DNA of 46,512 nucleotides, taken from positions 1 to 46,512 of IMG/VR virus record IMGVR_UViG_3300020045_004406, one strand, 5' to 3'. Source of the stretch: a virus. Taxonomy: Duplodnaviria > Caudoviricetes. Position numbers and translations under genes: made by a program. Below the pieces are notes generated by a model. That model was not told the DNA's origin. It did not search any database and saw only the letters and a program-made list of their open reading frames with translations. Shown here one piece after another: positions 36,357-44,222 of the stretch (position 1 is its first letter; the number at the start of each line of letters is the position of its first letter).

Positions 36357-36767
36357 TCAGTTAACCTTGCCGATAATCTGTGTATCAGGGATATAGCGCA
36401 TGTTCTTTACATCCTTAACACCAGATAGCTTACCCTCATAACGACGGTACTCAACCTTGTCGCCCACGTTGATACCCCATATTTGAGCTGGAGTTAAGGA
36501 GTAGAATTCATGTGACGGAGGGTAGTCATTTGGATTACAGCCGGGGAATCCACGAAACGCAGTATTACCTATTGCGCGGACATAGCCTTGATCGCATCCG
36601 TCCTGCTCGCGAGCCACATCTTTAGCCTGCAAAACAATACCGCCAGCGCTGGTCTCTTCGATCTTGATCATTTCAACTAACACATAGAACCCTAATGGCT
36701 CAATCTTCAAAATCTCTTCTGCTGCTGGATTACTTGGATCCATAAAGCTATTTTCTTCACAAAACAT
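36357..36767 (-). CDS. groES: GroES-like co-chaperonin
   Basis: IEPLG..VLV, EETSAGGIVL mobile loop, G.V.AIG, VGDKV...RY.G, D.QIIG.V. Confidence 0.85.
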   Translation of the reverse strand: MFCEENSFMDPSNPAAEEILKIEPLGFYVLVEMIKIEETSAGGIVLQAKDVAREQDGCDQGYVRAIGNTAFRGFPGCNPNDYPPSHEFYSLTPAQIWGINVGDKVEYRRYEGKLSGVKDVKNMRYIPDTQIIGKVN

Positions 36768-36795
36768 AATCACCTCTATGGTGTGGTTGGTAAAT

Positions 36796-37053
36796 CTATT
36801 CAGAATCAATTATTGGATTCCAACTTAAAAACTCTTTCAGAGCCTCAACATGGGCGCTTCGCTTAATTTCACAGATTGCTATCTGCTCTATCGTGGAGTG
36901 AATTACCGTTTTCGCCTGCGTCTCCAGCATTCCCAATTCTACCTCAAGCAAGAACTTACGTGTAACGCTGTTTTGTTTCCATAGTGCAAAGGCATCAGGC
37001 TCTACGGCAATGTTCTTTAGCTCTTCTTCGATATCAGCTATTCGCTTGTTCAT
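36796..37053 (-). CDS. Hypothetical head-module protein
   Basis: F..WKQ..VT..F motif; coupled to the portal stop. Confidence 0.65.
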   Translation of the reverse strand: MNKRIADIEEELKNIAVEPDAFALWKQNSVTRKFLLEVELGMLETQAKTVIHSTIEQIAICEIKRSAHVEALKEFLSWNPIIDSE

Positions 37054-39383
37054 TCATGATCCTCAGCCGGAAGCAATGCCTCTTCTGCGCGCTTAAGGCC
37101 TTCACTAGCAGCAGTATAGACGCTGATTTTGTTTGTGACCTGCTCAGTCTCGGCCTTCTCAAGCGTAAGGATTGTCTCTGCCTTGGTCTTTGTAACTTCC
37201 TCTAATAGCTTATCAATCTTCGCCATTTGCTCCTTGCTTGTGACAAGGAATTCTTGATCCTTACGATCTTCAGCGCGCTTCAATAGCTCGGTTTGCAGCG
37301 TGATCATTTGCAGCTGTTGTTGAGCCATTTGATTGGCCATATCCTGCTGCTGACGCATAGCCTCCATCTGAGCCTTATCTTCTGGCGACATTTCAGCTTC
37401 GTTCGGGAATATCTCGTCCAAGTTATCGGACCCGATTCGCTTATAGAAATTCTTAATGATTGGTATCGGGTTGCCGCCTGCTTGAATCACCATAGGAACC
37501 TGTGACATTTCTGCTTCAGATAACATCATACGCTGCATACGGCTAGACATTTCAGGATTAGCACCGCATGCAACACTAAGCCCATCGGTGTTGAAGTCTT
37601 CCGAGAACACAGCCTCATCATCACCAACAATTTCTTGGTACTCGCTGTCGTCCAAGTAATCACGGTTCAATGTGAATAGAATCTTGAACTCTTTCGACAT
37701 TGAGTTATTGATTAGTGACATATGGGCGGTGTGTTGGATAAGCGTCTCTTGGATCATCGCTAGTGCAGTTGTGGGCGCGGTGTTAGCGGTTAGCTGTCCG
37801 CCTGCATCAACGTTAGCTGCAAATCCCCTTGCGCCAGCCTCGATCTTCTCATTAAGCGAGAACAGAGTAGGGCTTGGCTCTTTGTATGGGAGCGGCATAA
37901 TTGAGTTTGCAAGCTGACCTAGTGGGACTTCAGTTTGGACGAACTCACCCATGCGCATGGTGAATGTACCGGGCTTCTTGCGGAAACCCTTAGCAACGAT
38001 ACCACCCTGAAGTGTTGCCAGTGTTCCAGCGTTTAACAGGTCGTTGGTTGACTTGTTAACAGCCAGTGCCGCCGACCCAATCAGCCAGTAATAACCAACA
38101 TCAAGATAAGTGCCATCAAATGACGGTATCAGTCCGTATTTGGTGATAATTGCTCGCGGATCAATGCGCACAATCTTGAAGCCGGTCATATCGTTGGCGT
38201 CAGGCAGTTTAGGCTCAATGCCATACTCTTTCGCGTCAGCCTCTATAAGCTCTGCGCGCTTCTTCTGTGCATCAATAATGGACATTGGCTTTAGGTTTTT
38301 TACAATCTGGTCGCCATTGCCAACGTAACGAACGATAACGCCATCAAAGTCATATCGAGCGACAATGCGAACCACATTCAGGCTTGCTACATGAACAGTA
38401 ACCACATAAGGCTCTGATATACCATCTTCATCCAGATCCAACCAGCAGTACTGCTCGTAGTATTTATCCGGGTTATCTTCTGTCTTCTCGGCATTGGCTT
38501 CTTCGTCAGATCCGGCTGTGCCTACATCTTTCTCGTGATAGGCATTTACTGAATCTTGGATGTCGCGCCATATCTCGCTCTTAACGCGCGATGCATATTC
38601 TGACTTACTGAATGCAAGGATGTGAGTGAATACCCCATCCTCTAAATTACGTGTCTTCTGGTTGACGTAGAAGTCAGGGTAACAAACTACATCAGAGAAG
38701 CAGCGACCGCGAGTCTCATCGTAGAAGGTTTTCTTGAATAATGACCCAACATTAGGCAGGGAGTACATCAGGCGAGTGTGATCATCACGCCACTCGTTCA
38801 TGCTGGTATTGATCTGCCAGTTCATCAACTCTGTCACACGATCTGCGCGCTCGTCTTTATTACGCAGGGTGCGCTTGCTCTCTTTGATCTTCTGATCATT
38901 GAGTTGTATCTGTTCTTGGATCTGCTTAACAGTTGCCTCAAGGTCAGATACATCCTGCCCCATTTCTTTGAGCTGTTCGATCTGCGCTATATGCCCCTCT
39001 ACGTCATTCTTTAGCTGGGCAGTTTGAGAGGCGCGCTTGTCAATCACATTGCGAATAGTTGCAGCGCCAACAATTGAAGCCTTAACCAGCTTTGGATCAC
39101 GCATTAGCTCTACAGTGGCACGATTGCCAAACTGATTGGCTGCCTCTGTGAGAATGGTTGATTTGAAGTTAGCAGAACCCTGCCATGGAGTGTCCTTGCC
39201 ATTGAACTCAGGCTTGCACAGCTCTATGCCCTTATCTACGCAGTCCATCCAGTCGCGCATAGAGTCACGATCTTTATGTGCGCGTTCGACAACCTGAATG
39301 GCGATGCGATCAAGCTTTTCTTTATCCATTCCATCGGCGATGTTTGTTTTGCCAATGTAGTCAACTAGGCTTTTTATACTCAT
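37050..39383 (-). CDS. Portal protein
   Basis: K..PWQGSAN, G..F.K..YD, LDLD.DGI.EPY.VT, PLPYKEPS.TL; Q-rich barrel tail. Confidence 0.88.
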   Translation of the reverse strand: MSIKSLVDYIGKTNIADGMDKEKLDRIAIQVVERAHKDRDSMRDWMDCVDKGIELCKPEFNGKDTPWQGSANFKSTILTEAANQFGNRATVELMRDPKLVKASIVGAATIRNVIDKRASQTAQLKNDVEGHIAQIEQLKEMGQDVSDLEATVKQIQEQIQLNDQKIKESKRTLRNKDERADRVTELMNWQINTSMNEWRDDHTRLMYSLPNVGSLFKKTFYDETRGRCFSDVVCYPDFYVNQKTRNLEDGVFTHILAFSKSEYASRVKSEIWRDIQDSVNAYHEKDVGTAGSDEEANAEKTEDNPDKYYEQYCWLDLDEDGISEPYVVTVHVASLNVVRIVARYDFDGVIVRYVGNGDQIVKNLKPMSIIDAQKKRAELIEADAKEYGIEPKLPDANDMTGFKIVRIDPRAIITKYGLIPSFDGTYLDVGYYWLIGSAALAVNKSTNDLLNAGTLATLQGGIVAKGFRKKPGTFTMRMGEFVQTEVPLGQLANSIMPLPYKEPSPTLFSLNEKIEAGARGFAANVDAGGQLTANTAPTTALAMIQETLIQHTAHMSLINNSMSKEFKILFTLNRDYLDDSEYQEIVGDDEAVFSEDFNTDGLSVACGANPEMSSRMQRMMLSEAEMSQVPMVIQAGGNPIPIIKNFYKRIGSDNLDEIFPNEAEMSPEDKAQMEAMRQQQDMANQMAQQQLQMITLQTELLKRAEDRKDQEFLVTSKEQMAKIDKLLEEVTKTKAETILTLEKAETEQVTNKISVYTAASEGLKRAEEALLPAEDHE

Positions 39384-39385
39384 TG

Positions 39386-39574
39386 TCAGACTTCCCAATA
39401 TTTTGATGTGCAGTAGAAGTTCTCGCCGGCATTATCAATTGCCAACAAATCTCCGGTTTCATCGCGATAAACACAAACAATCCCGCACCCCGGAACCTCT
39501 ACCCATCCAAATCCATCAATGTCGCAGAAATACTTTTCATATTCTTCGTAAGTAATTTCAAACATTAAGCCCAT
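39386..39574 (-). CDS. Small acidic hypothetical protein
   Basis: Lies between terL and portal. Confidence 0.5.
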   Translation of the reverse strand: MGLMFEITYEEYEKYFCDIDGFGWVEVPGCGIVCVYRDETGDLLAIDNAGENFYCTSKYWEV

Positions 39575-40995
39575 CCTCCAGTAGAGTGGGATTCTTCGTA
39601 GTCTTCAAATACACCTATGTCACATTTACGGATAGCGTGCCTGCGCATCATGTAGGCGTAACGTATGGCCGATAGAATATCATCTTTTATCTTGACAATC
39701 TTGCCATTCTCATCGCGGTGGTACTGCATGAACTCTTCAAATACATCGGCAAGGTGATCGAATATCTTGAATTGCCCTAGCTGAATTAGCTTGTATATCT
39801 CTATGATGGATTGCTCCACGCTATTTCCACCATCAGGCCATGTGGCGTGTTCGTGGCACATCTCCCAGCCTGCCTCTTCGTAATATGACTTCTGCGTCTT
39901 GCCAGTTCCCTTCTCTGTCTGGAATCCATCTGCTGGCCATGCGCTTGGCACATCTTTAGCCCATGACTTGACGCGCTCCCATGCCTCGAAAGGCTGCGTC
40001 TTGCTAGTCTTCATTGCGTGAGCCACATAGATACACCAGTCATCAGGATCTATCCATAGCTGCACGTGTGATTGCGGGTGATCCCATCCAAAGTCCATGC
40101 CGTTAATAACGAGCCAGTGATCAGGGCACTCGAATCGCTTGACCTTTGTTTTTTCCATATCAAGGTCGAATATCAATCCGGTGCCAAGCAATGGTAATCC
40201 CTTGGTGCGCATATCACGCTGCCAAGGTGGGTACATGCTCAACAGGGATTCTTTTGTCTCTTCGGTCAAATGCTTTGCGTCATCCCACGTAGCGCGCTGC
40301 ATGTATTGACTATCGCCGGGCGTGTCCATGAACGATATTACTAATTCAGTTCTGCCGTTCTCTGGAGTGAAGGTGAGAATGCCTCGCCCGCCTCGCCCCT
40401 TATCGCCCGTTGCGGTACGGGTTAATACTTGCGGGTATATCTGCCCGTCCTGTGGCTCTTCGTCGATGTGATACCAATCGACCGAGTCCCCCATCAAAGC
40501 ATGCTGTCCCTGAGTGTATGACCAGAACTGAATGCGGGTTATGCCACCAGAGATATGCTTAACCTTAACCTCACGAACTGCGCGAGGAGTGCCCATCATT
40601 GGTATAACGTCAACAATCAGGTCTTTGTGTATCAAGCCACCATCTATCACGCCATTACCATATGAACCAACCAAAGGCGCCTGCAATAGGTCTCGTATCT
40701 TCTCGCCTGAGTATCCAAGTATCCAGATTAACGGAGCGTGTTCGAACTTGTGACCTTGCCAATCATCAGGGTATTTACCTGTTGCATGTGCTGCATCAAT
40801 CAAGCATCCGGTATAGGTCTTGCCAACCCGGTTAGCAGCCATGAGCAAACAAGCCCTGTGCGAAGCAGTGCTTGCGATGAATTTACTTTGCCATGGGTAT
40901 AGCGATGCGAATATAGACGCAATCCGATTCTTCTGGTCGCGCCTATTCTTTTCTTCAAGCAGTAGGATTAACTCGATCTTTTCGTTTCGAGTCAT
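39565..40995 (-). CDS. terL: Terminase large subunit (P22 gp2-like)
   Basis: MAANRVGKT, IDEEP, LTFTPENG, GMDFGWDHP, DDILSAIRYA. Confidence 0.95.
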   Translation of the reverse strand: MTRNEKIELILLLEEKNRRDQKNRIASIFASLYPWQSKFIASTASHRACLLMAANRVGKTYTGCLIDAAHATGKYPDDWQGHKFEHAPLIWILGYSGEKIRDLLQAPLVGSYGNGVIDGGLIHKDLIVDVIPMMGTPRAVREVKVKHISGGITRIQFWSYTQGQHALMGDSVDWYHIDEEPQDGQIYPQVLTRTATGDKGRGGRGILTFTPENGRTELVISFMDTPGDSQYMQRATWDDAKHLTEETKESLLSMYPPWQRDMRTKGLPLLGTGLIFDLDMEKTKVKRFECPDHWLVINGMDFGWDHPQSHVQLWIDPDDWCIYVAHAMKTSKTQPFEAWERVKSWAKDVPSAWPADGFQTEKGTGKTQKSYYEEAGWEMCHEHATWPDGGNSVEQSIIEIYKLIQLGQFKIFDHLADVFEEFMQYHRDENGKIVKIKDDILSAIRYAYMMRRHAIRKCDIGVFEDYEESHSTGGWA

Positions 40996-41393
40996 GATTG
41001 GAATGATGCTATCTTGGCTGCCAACTCTTCATCGGTGAGCTGCTCAAAGCTGATGGTGGATTGAGTCTCGACCTTATCTGAGTATCCATGCTTACCAAGA
41101 AGGAGCTTAACAATATTGGAATTGAACTCGCCTTTTAGGCCATTTGATAGAGCTACTCGCTCCTGAGTTGCGTTAATATCGTGCAATATGTCCGCAAACT
41201 CTTGCTTATCTTGCTGTGCGGCCCACTCATAAAGTGTGCTTCTTGATCTATTCAGGTGAAGGCTAAGCCCTGCAACACTTGGTACCGCATCACCAAGCTC
41301 AGCGTATGTGATTAGGTATTCTCTTGCCTGTCTTGCTATTTCGTCACTGTAGTGTGAAGGCCTTCCGCCTGCGTGCTTTGGTTTGTCAGCCAT
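40992..41393 (-). CDS. terS: Terminase small subunit
   Basis: GGRPS.Y, PSVAGL...L..SRSTLYEW, L..GL.G.FN..I.KL.L..HGY.DK. Confidence 0.88.
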   Translation of the reverse strand: MADKPKHAGGRPSHYSDEIARQAREYLITYAELGDAVPSVAGLSLHLNRSRSTLYEWAAQQDKQEFADILHDINATQERVALSNGLKGEFNSNIVKLLLGKHGYSDKVETQSTISFEQLTDEELAAKIASFQS

Positions 41394-41443
41394 ACTGTTT
41401 GGCCTCTGTTAGTTAATGCTGTCTGCGCTATGCAGGTATGGTT

Positions 41444-41454
41444 AATTTTACCAC
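41444..41454 (-). promoter_or_regulatory. Candidate extended -10 promoter upstream of terS
   Basis: TGTGG-TAAAAT on the minus strand. Confidence 0.4.
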
Positions 41455-41455
41455 A

Positions 41456-41764
41456 TCACCATGAAAATTTGTAATCCACGAATATCTCAGTCTTATGAAA
41501 CTCACCCTCATTATTGAAAGGGTATCCGGTTAACCAGTTGCTGTGGTGGGATATGCCATAACTGATGCTTTCGTGCTCTATCCCTACCTCTATCCTGGCG
41601 CTGATTGGATCGTTAAAATGCAAGTAGACCTTTCTTCCTGATTCAATATCAGTAGTGTACTCAGTCTGATCTATTTTATAACCTGCCCCGATCTTCACGT
41701 AGTAATCGTAGTCAGCCATTGCGGTTGATGATGCGAGCATAAGGATTATTGCCAATATTTTCAT
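41456..41764 (-). CDS. Small exported beta-strand (outer-membrane-type) protein
   Basis: Signal peptide MKILAIILMLASSTAMA, amphipathic strands, HHSN, C-terminal DYKFSW; GGAG RBS. Confidence 0.65.
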   Translation of the reverse strand: MKILAIILMLASSTAMADYDYYVKIGAGYKIDQTEYTTDIESGRKVYLHFNDPISARIEVGIEHESISYGISHHSNWLTGYPFNNEGEFHKTEIFVDYKFSW

Positions 41765-41766
41765 TT

Positions 41767-41964
41767 TTAACTCCAAGTTGAAAAAGCCCGATCTACTCGG
41801 GCGAAGGTGCGGACTGATTTGGTGGTGGTGGCTGTGCAAACTGAAGGTGACTTATGAGTTTTCAGAAACTCAATAACTTCTGCTTTGCATTCTTCGTTAA
41901 TCATTGATTCTTCCATCGTCATCAGCAGCGCCATGTAGGCGCGCTCCTGTAGTAAGTTTTTCAA
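41767..41964 (-). CDS. Hypothetical protein
   Basis: Start overlaps the stop of 41961-42152; 3' end overlaps a terminator-like hairpin. Confidence 0.4.
   Translation of the reverse strand: MKNLLQERAYMALLMTMEESMINEECKAEVIEFLKTHKSPSVCTATTTKSVRTFARVDRAFSTWS
41781..41802 (-). terminator. Intrinsic terminator
   Basis: Minus strand gcccga-gtaga-tcgggc-ttttt. Confidence 0.65.
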
Positions 41965-42152
41965 AAAGTTGCCGTTAAAACTTCAAAAGGAACATCGAAT
42001 CCATTTCTTGAGTTTGAGTATCCGGCAATCTCATACACAGAAAAAGTTCGCTCATCAATTACCTTTTGCTTTTCTTCTGAAGCAATACTTTCATCACTTG
42101 CAACTTCTGATTTTATTTCTAATATTTTGCTTATCACTTCGTTATTAGTCAT
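41961..42152 (-). CDS. 63-aa acidic orphan protein
   Basis: GGAG RBS; first gene after promoter copy A. Confidence 0.7.
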   Translation of the reverse strand: MTNNEVISKILEIKSEVASDESIASEEKQKVIDERTFSVYEIAGYSNSRNGFDVPFEVLTATF

Positions 42153-42199
42153 TTTCTATCTCCAATCTAGCTACCGGCTAGTCAGTGGTTGCTGTATCG

Positions 42200-42247
42200 C
42201 TTCCATGTAAGTAATAATACTATATTTTTGAGTATTCGCAAGCATTA
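42200..42247 (-). promoter_or_regulatory. Promoter/operator copy A
   Basis: TTGCGA-N17-TATTAT; operator aatacta-N7-gagtatt at 42216-42236; near-repeat of 42634-42681. Confidence 0.8.
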
Positions 42248-42268
42248 TATCTAATAAACTTGCAATCT

Positions 42269-42442
42269 TTACACTTCCTTACGTTCGCAGTACTCCAGCC
42301 ATGCACCGCGAACCATTGAGCGGAATTTAATAGGGTTTGACTTGGCTGTGCGACCCATTGAGTTCTCACCCAATCCTAGAAAGCGCTCGCAGTCTTTCAG
42401 TGATCGCCAGCCAATTTGTTTTGCGTATTGAGATGGCGACAT
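42269..42442 (-). CDS. 57-aa HTH-like protein (not in ORF track)
   Basis: Hand translation MSPSQYAKQIGWRSLKDCERFLGLGENSMGRTAKSNPIKFRSMVRGAWLEYCERKEV; GAGG RBS. Confidence 0.6.
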   Translation of the reverse strand: MSPSQYAKQIGWRSLKDCERFLGLGENSMGRTAKSNPIKFRSMVRGAWLEYCERKEV

Positions 42443-42445
42443 TTT

Positions 42446-42598
42446 TTACCCTCTAACCACCCGCAATTCTTTTGTATCGATACCTTTTAGCGATGCCGAT
42501 TCCAAGGCTTGCATTGAGGCATCCAAGTCGCATGAGGCAAAGAATAAATCAGAGAAAACCACTTTTCCTGCTTTGTTTACTAATTTGATATTGAACAT
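42446..42598 (-). CDS. 50-aa orphan protein
   Basis: AGGA RBS before MFNIK; first gene after promoter copy B. Confidence 0.65.
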   Translation of the reverse strand: MFNIKLVNKAGKVVFSDLFFASCDLDASMQALESASLKGIDTKELRVVRG

Positions 42599-42633
42599 TT
42601 TTATAGTCCTAGCTTGCTGTCCGGCTTTATTGC

Positions 42634-42681
42634 CTTCCATGTGATACATAATACTCTATTTAAGAATATTAACAAGCATTA
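42634..42681 (-). promoter_or_regulatory. Promoter/operator copy B
   Basis: TTGTTA-N17-TATTAT; operator aatactc-N7-gaatatt at 42650-42670. Confidence 0.8.
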
Positions 42682-42860
42682 TGACGCAATTAGAAGCGTA
42701 AAGATAAGTTAAAGCCCGTTCAGGCAACATCTTGGGCGGCGATGCAATGCGGTTACAAGTCCTACCGTGCCCTACATGCTTATTTACCAGATTGCCGCAG
42801 CGAGGTGCTTGCACGGGTTTTGGTTAATCTGGATTACTGCGAACATGCGCGCTGGTTGTT

Positions 42861-42937
42861 TGGTCAGTGTGGCAGGACTCGAACCTGCAACCCCCGCGAT
42901 CCAAGCGCGGCCGTCTACCAATTGACATTACACACTG
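42861..42937 (-). tRNA. tRNA-Pro (anticodon UGG), CCA encoded
   Basis: Acceptor CAGTGTG/CACACTG, anticodon arm CCGCG-CTTGGAT-CGCGG, T arm GCAGG-TTCGAGT-CCTGC, 3' ACCA. Confidence 0.95.
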
Positions 42938-43064
42938 TTATGTGCCGCCCTTTCATGCGGCCTGCCAGTGACACCCTCAAAGCTTTCGCTCCAGCCCACC
43001 AGTCTTCGGCTCCAGCCTTTCAGCCCTCTACGCCTACTGCTCTGTTTGCCTTTCGGCGAATTAT

Positions 43065-43189
43065 CAGCCATTAAAAATCTGCCGCCCGGAACCAGCCTTT
43101 TCCCTCGCCCCAGGATTTGAACCTGAGATATGCCAAAGCGCTGTATTAGCCAATTATTGGAGTCGAACCAATCAGATTTTTAATGGCTG
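43065..43189 (-). ncRNA. Putative tRNA-like RNA closed by a perfect 17-bp inverted repeat
   Basis: cagccattaaaaatctg/cagatttttaatggctg enclosing two T-arms, TTGG-TTCGACT-CCAA and CAGG-TTCAAAT-CCTG. Confidence 0.6.
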
Positions 43190-43319
43190 CCCACTATTGC
43201 TAATGGGCAATGTTGCTTATGTGTGCCGTTTCCGATAGGCCAGCCACACATCTGACAACAATTTCATCTTACCACTTAATCGATTTAGCGTTAATATCTT
43301 TGCTTTTCTTTACGGTTAG

Positions 43320-43601
43320 TTAGACCATCAATCTGTCAGTTATAAATTGAATTGTCTCGCATCGTAATGCAAGGTTTTCTCGTATGCTTTCAAGTCGCGC
43401 TGATAGCTCACAACTGATTTGAGGCTTGCTGTTTAGCTGCTCAGACGGTGAAGCCGGATCATTGCATGTAACCATTGATAGTCGGCTAGCTAAAATAGCA
43501 ATAAGCGCATCCATATCGGCTAACTTAATTTCAATATTTTGAACCTTTTGCTCCACTTCGCTTACTGGTCTTACTGATTGAGCTGTTCCACAATTGTTCA
43601 T
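43320..43601 (-). CDS. Coiled-coil hypothetical protein
   Basis: Two heptad helices joined by a Pro/Ser linker. Confidence 0.65.
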   Translation of the reverse strand: MNNCGTAQSVRPVSEVEQKVQNIEIKLADMDALIAILASRLSMVTCNDPASPSEQLNSKPQISCELSARLESIRENLALRCETIQFITDRLMV

Positions 43602-43603
43602 AA

Positions 43604-43744
43604 CTATTTCTCTCTGTTGGTTGGTTTGGATTTAACACTGAATTCACATTTACAATCTATACACATCTTCTTCCCCTCACTATCAAGCGATGATAGAAAG
43701 TAACTCCCGCACTTGGGGCATTTTGGCTTAATTGTTGCGCTCAT
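43604..43744 (-). CDS. 46-aa Zn-ribbon protein
   Basis: CPKCGS...CIDC; homolog of 1-117. Confidence 0.7.
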   Translation of the reverse strand: MSATIKPKCPKCGSYFLSSLDSEGKKMCIDCKCEFSVKSKPTNREK

Positions 43745-43754
43745 TTTCGTGATC

Positions 43755-44222
43755 CTAAAATTGGAGCATCAAGGCCTTAATATCAAGCCTGTGTTTTTTG
43801 GCCTTAGCCGGTAAAAATGTAAGCACCGGTAGGCAGTATTTTTTTGCATCAGTAAGGTTAAATGACTTCTTGTTAATCTCATGCTGCATGGTTGTTATTG
43901 TAATCGCATCGCAATAGAAAAACTCATTGTCAATGCAGAATAAAAACCCGCAGCGGATATTGCCGATATAGGTTTCCGATTCCTTTTTTAGCAATGCCTT
44001 TAGCTGCGTAAGTCCATCAAACTCAACCCTCGCTTTGCGGTGCTTTGCCTCAGCGAATAGCAATACATGGCCATCGAATATAATGCAGTCGCACACGTTT
44101 TTAGATGTGAACCGGCGCTGCGTTTCTTCGCCTTGCCAGCCAGCGTCTTTTAATCGTGTATAGCTCAATCCCTGCTTTTCGCAAGACTCTTTAATCAGCG
44201 CCTCAAAGCCTTTACCGTCCAT
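43755..44222 (-). CDS. RecU-like resolvase, second allele
   Basis: 153 of 155 aa identical to 127-594. Confidence 0.7.
   Translation of the reverse strand: MDGKGFEALIKESCEKQGLSYTRLKDAGWQGEETQRRFTSKNVCDCIIFDGHVLLFAEAKHRKARVEFDGLTQLKALLKKESETYIGNIRCGFLFCIDNEFFYCDAITITTMQHEINKKSFNLTDAKKYCLPVLTFLPAKAKKHRLDIKALMLQF

Noticed and set aside
20877-40753. Numerous plus-strand ORFs antisense to structural genes
   Set aside because: Reverse-frame shadows of long minus-strand genes; no RBS or motif support.
42861-42937. tRNA as attP/attB prophage boundary
   Set aside because: No integrase and no duplicated tRNA 3' end found; both flanks are phage-like.
42742-43074. 110-aa plus-strand ORF
   Set aside because: Runs antisense across tRNA-Pro; spurious.
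43095-43172. Second intact tRNA
   Set aside because: Only T-arms are present; I could not build acceptor, D or anticodon arms, and there is no CCA end.
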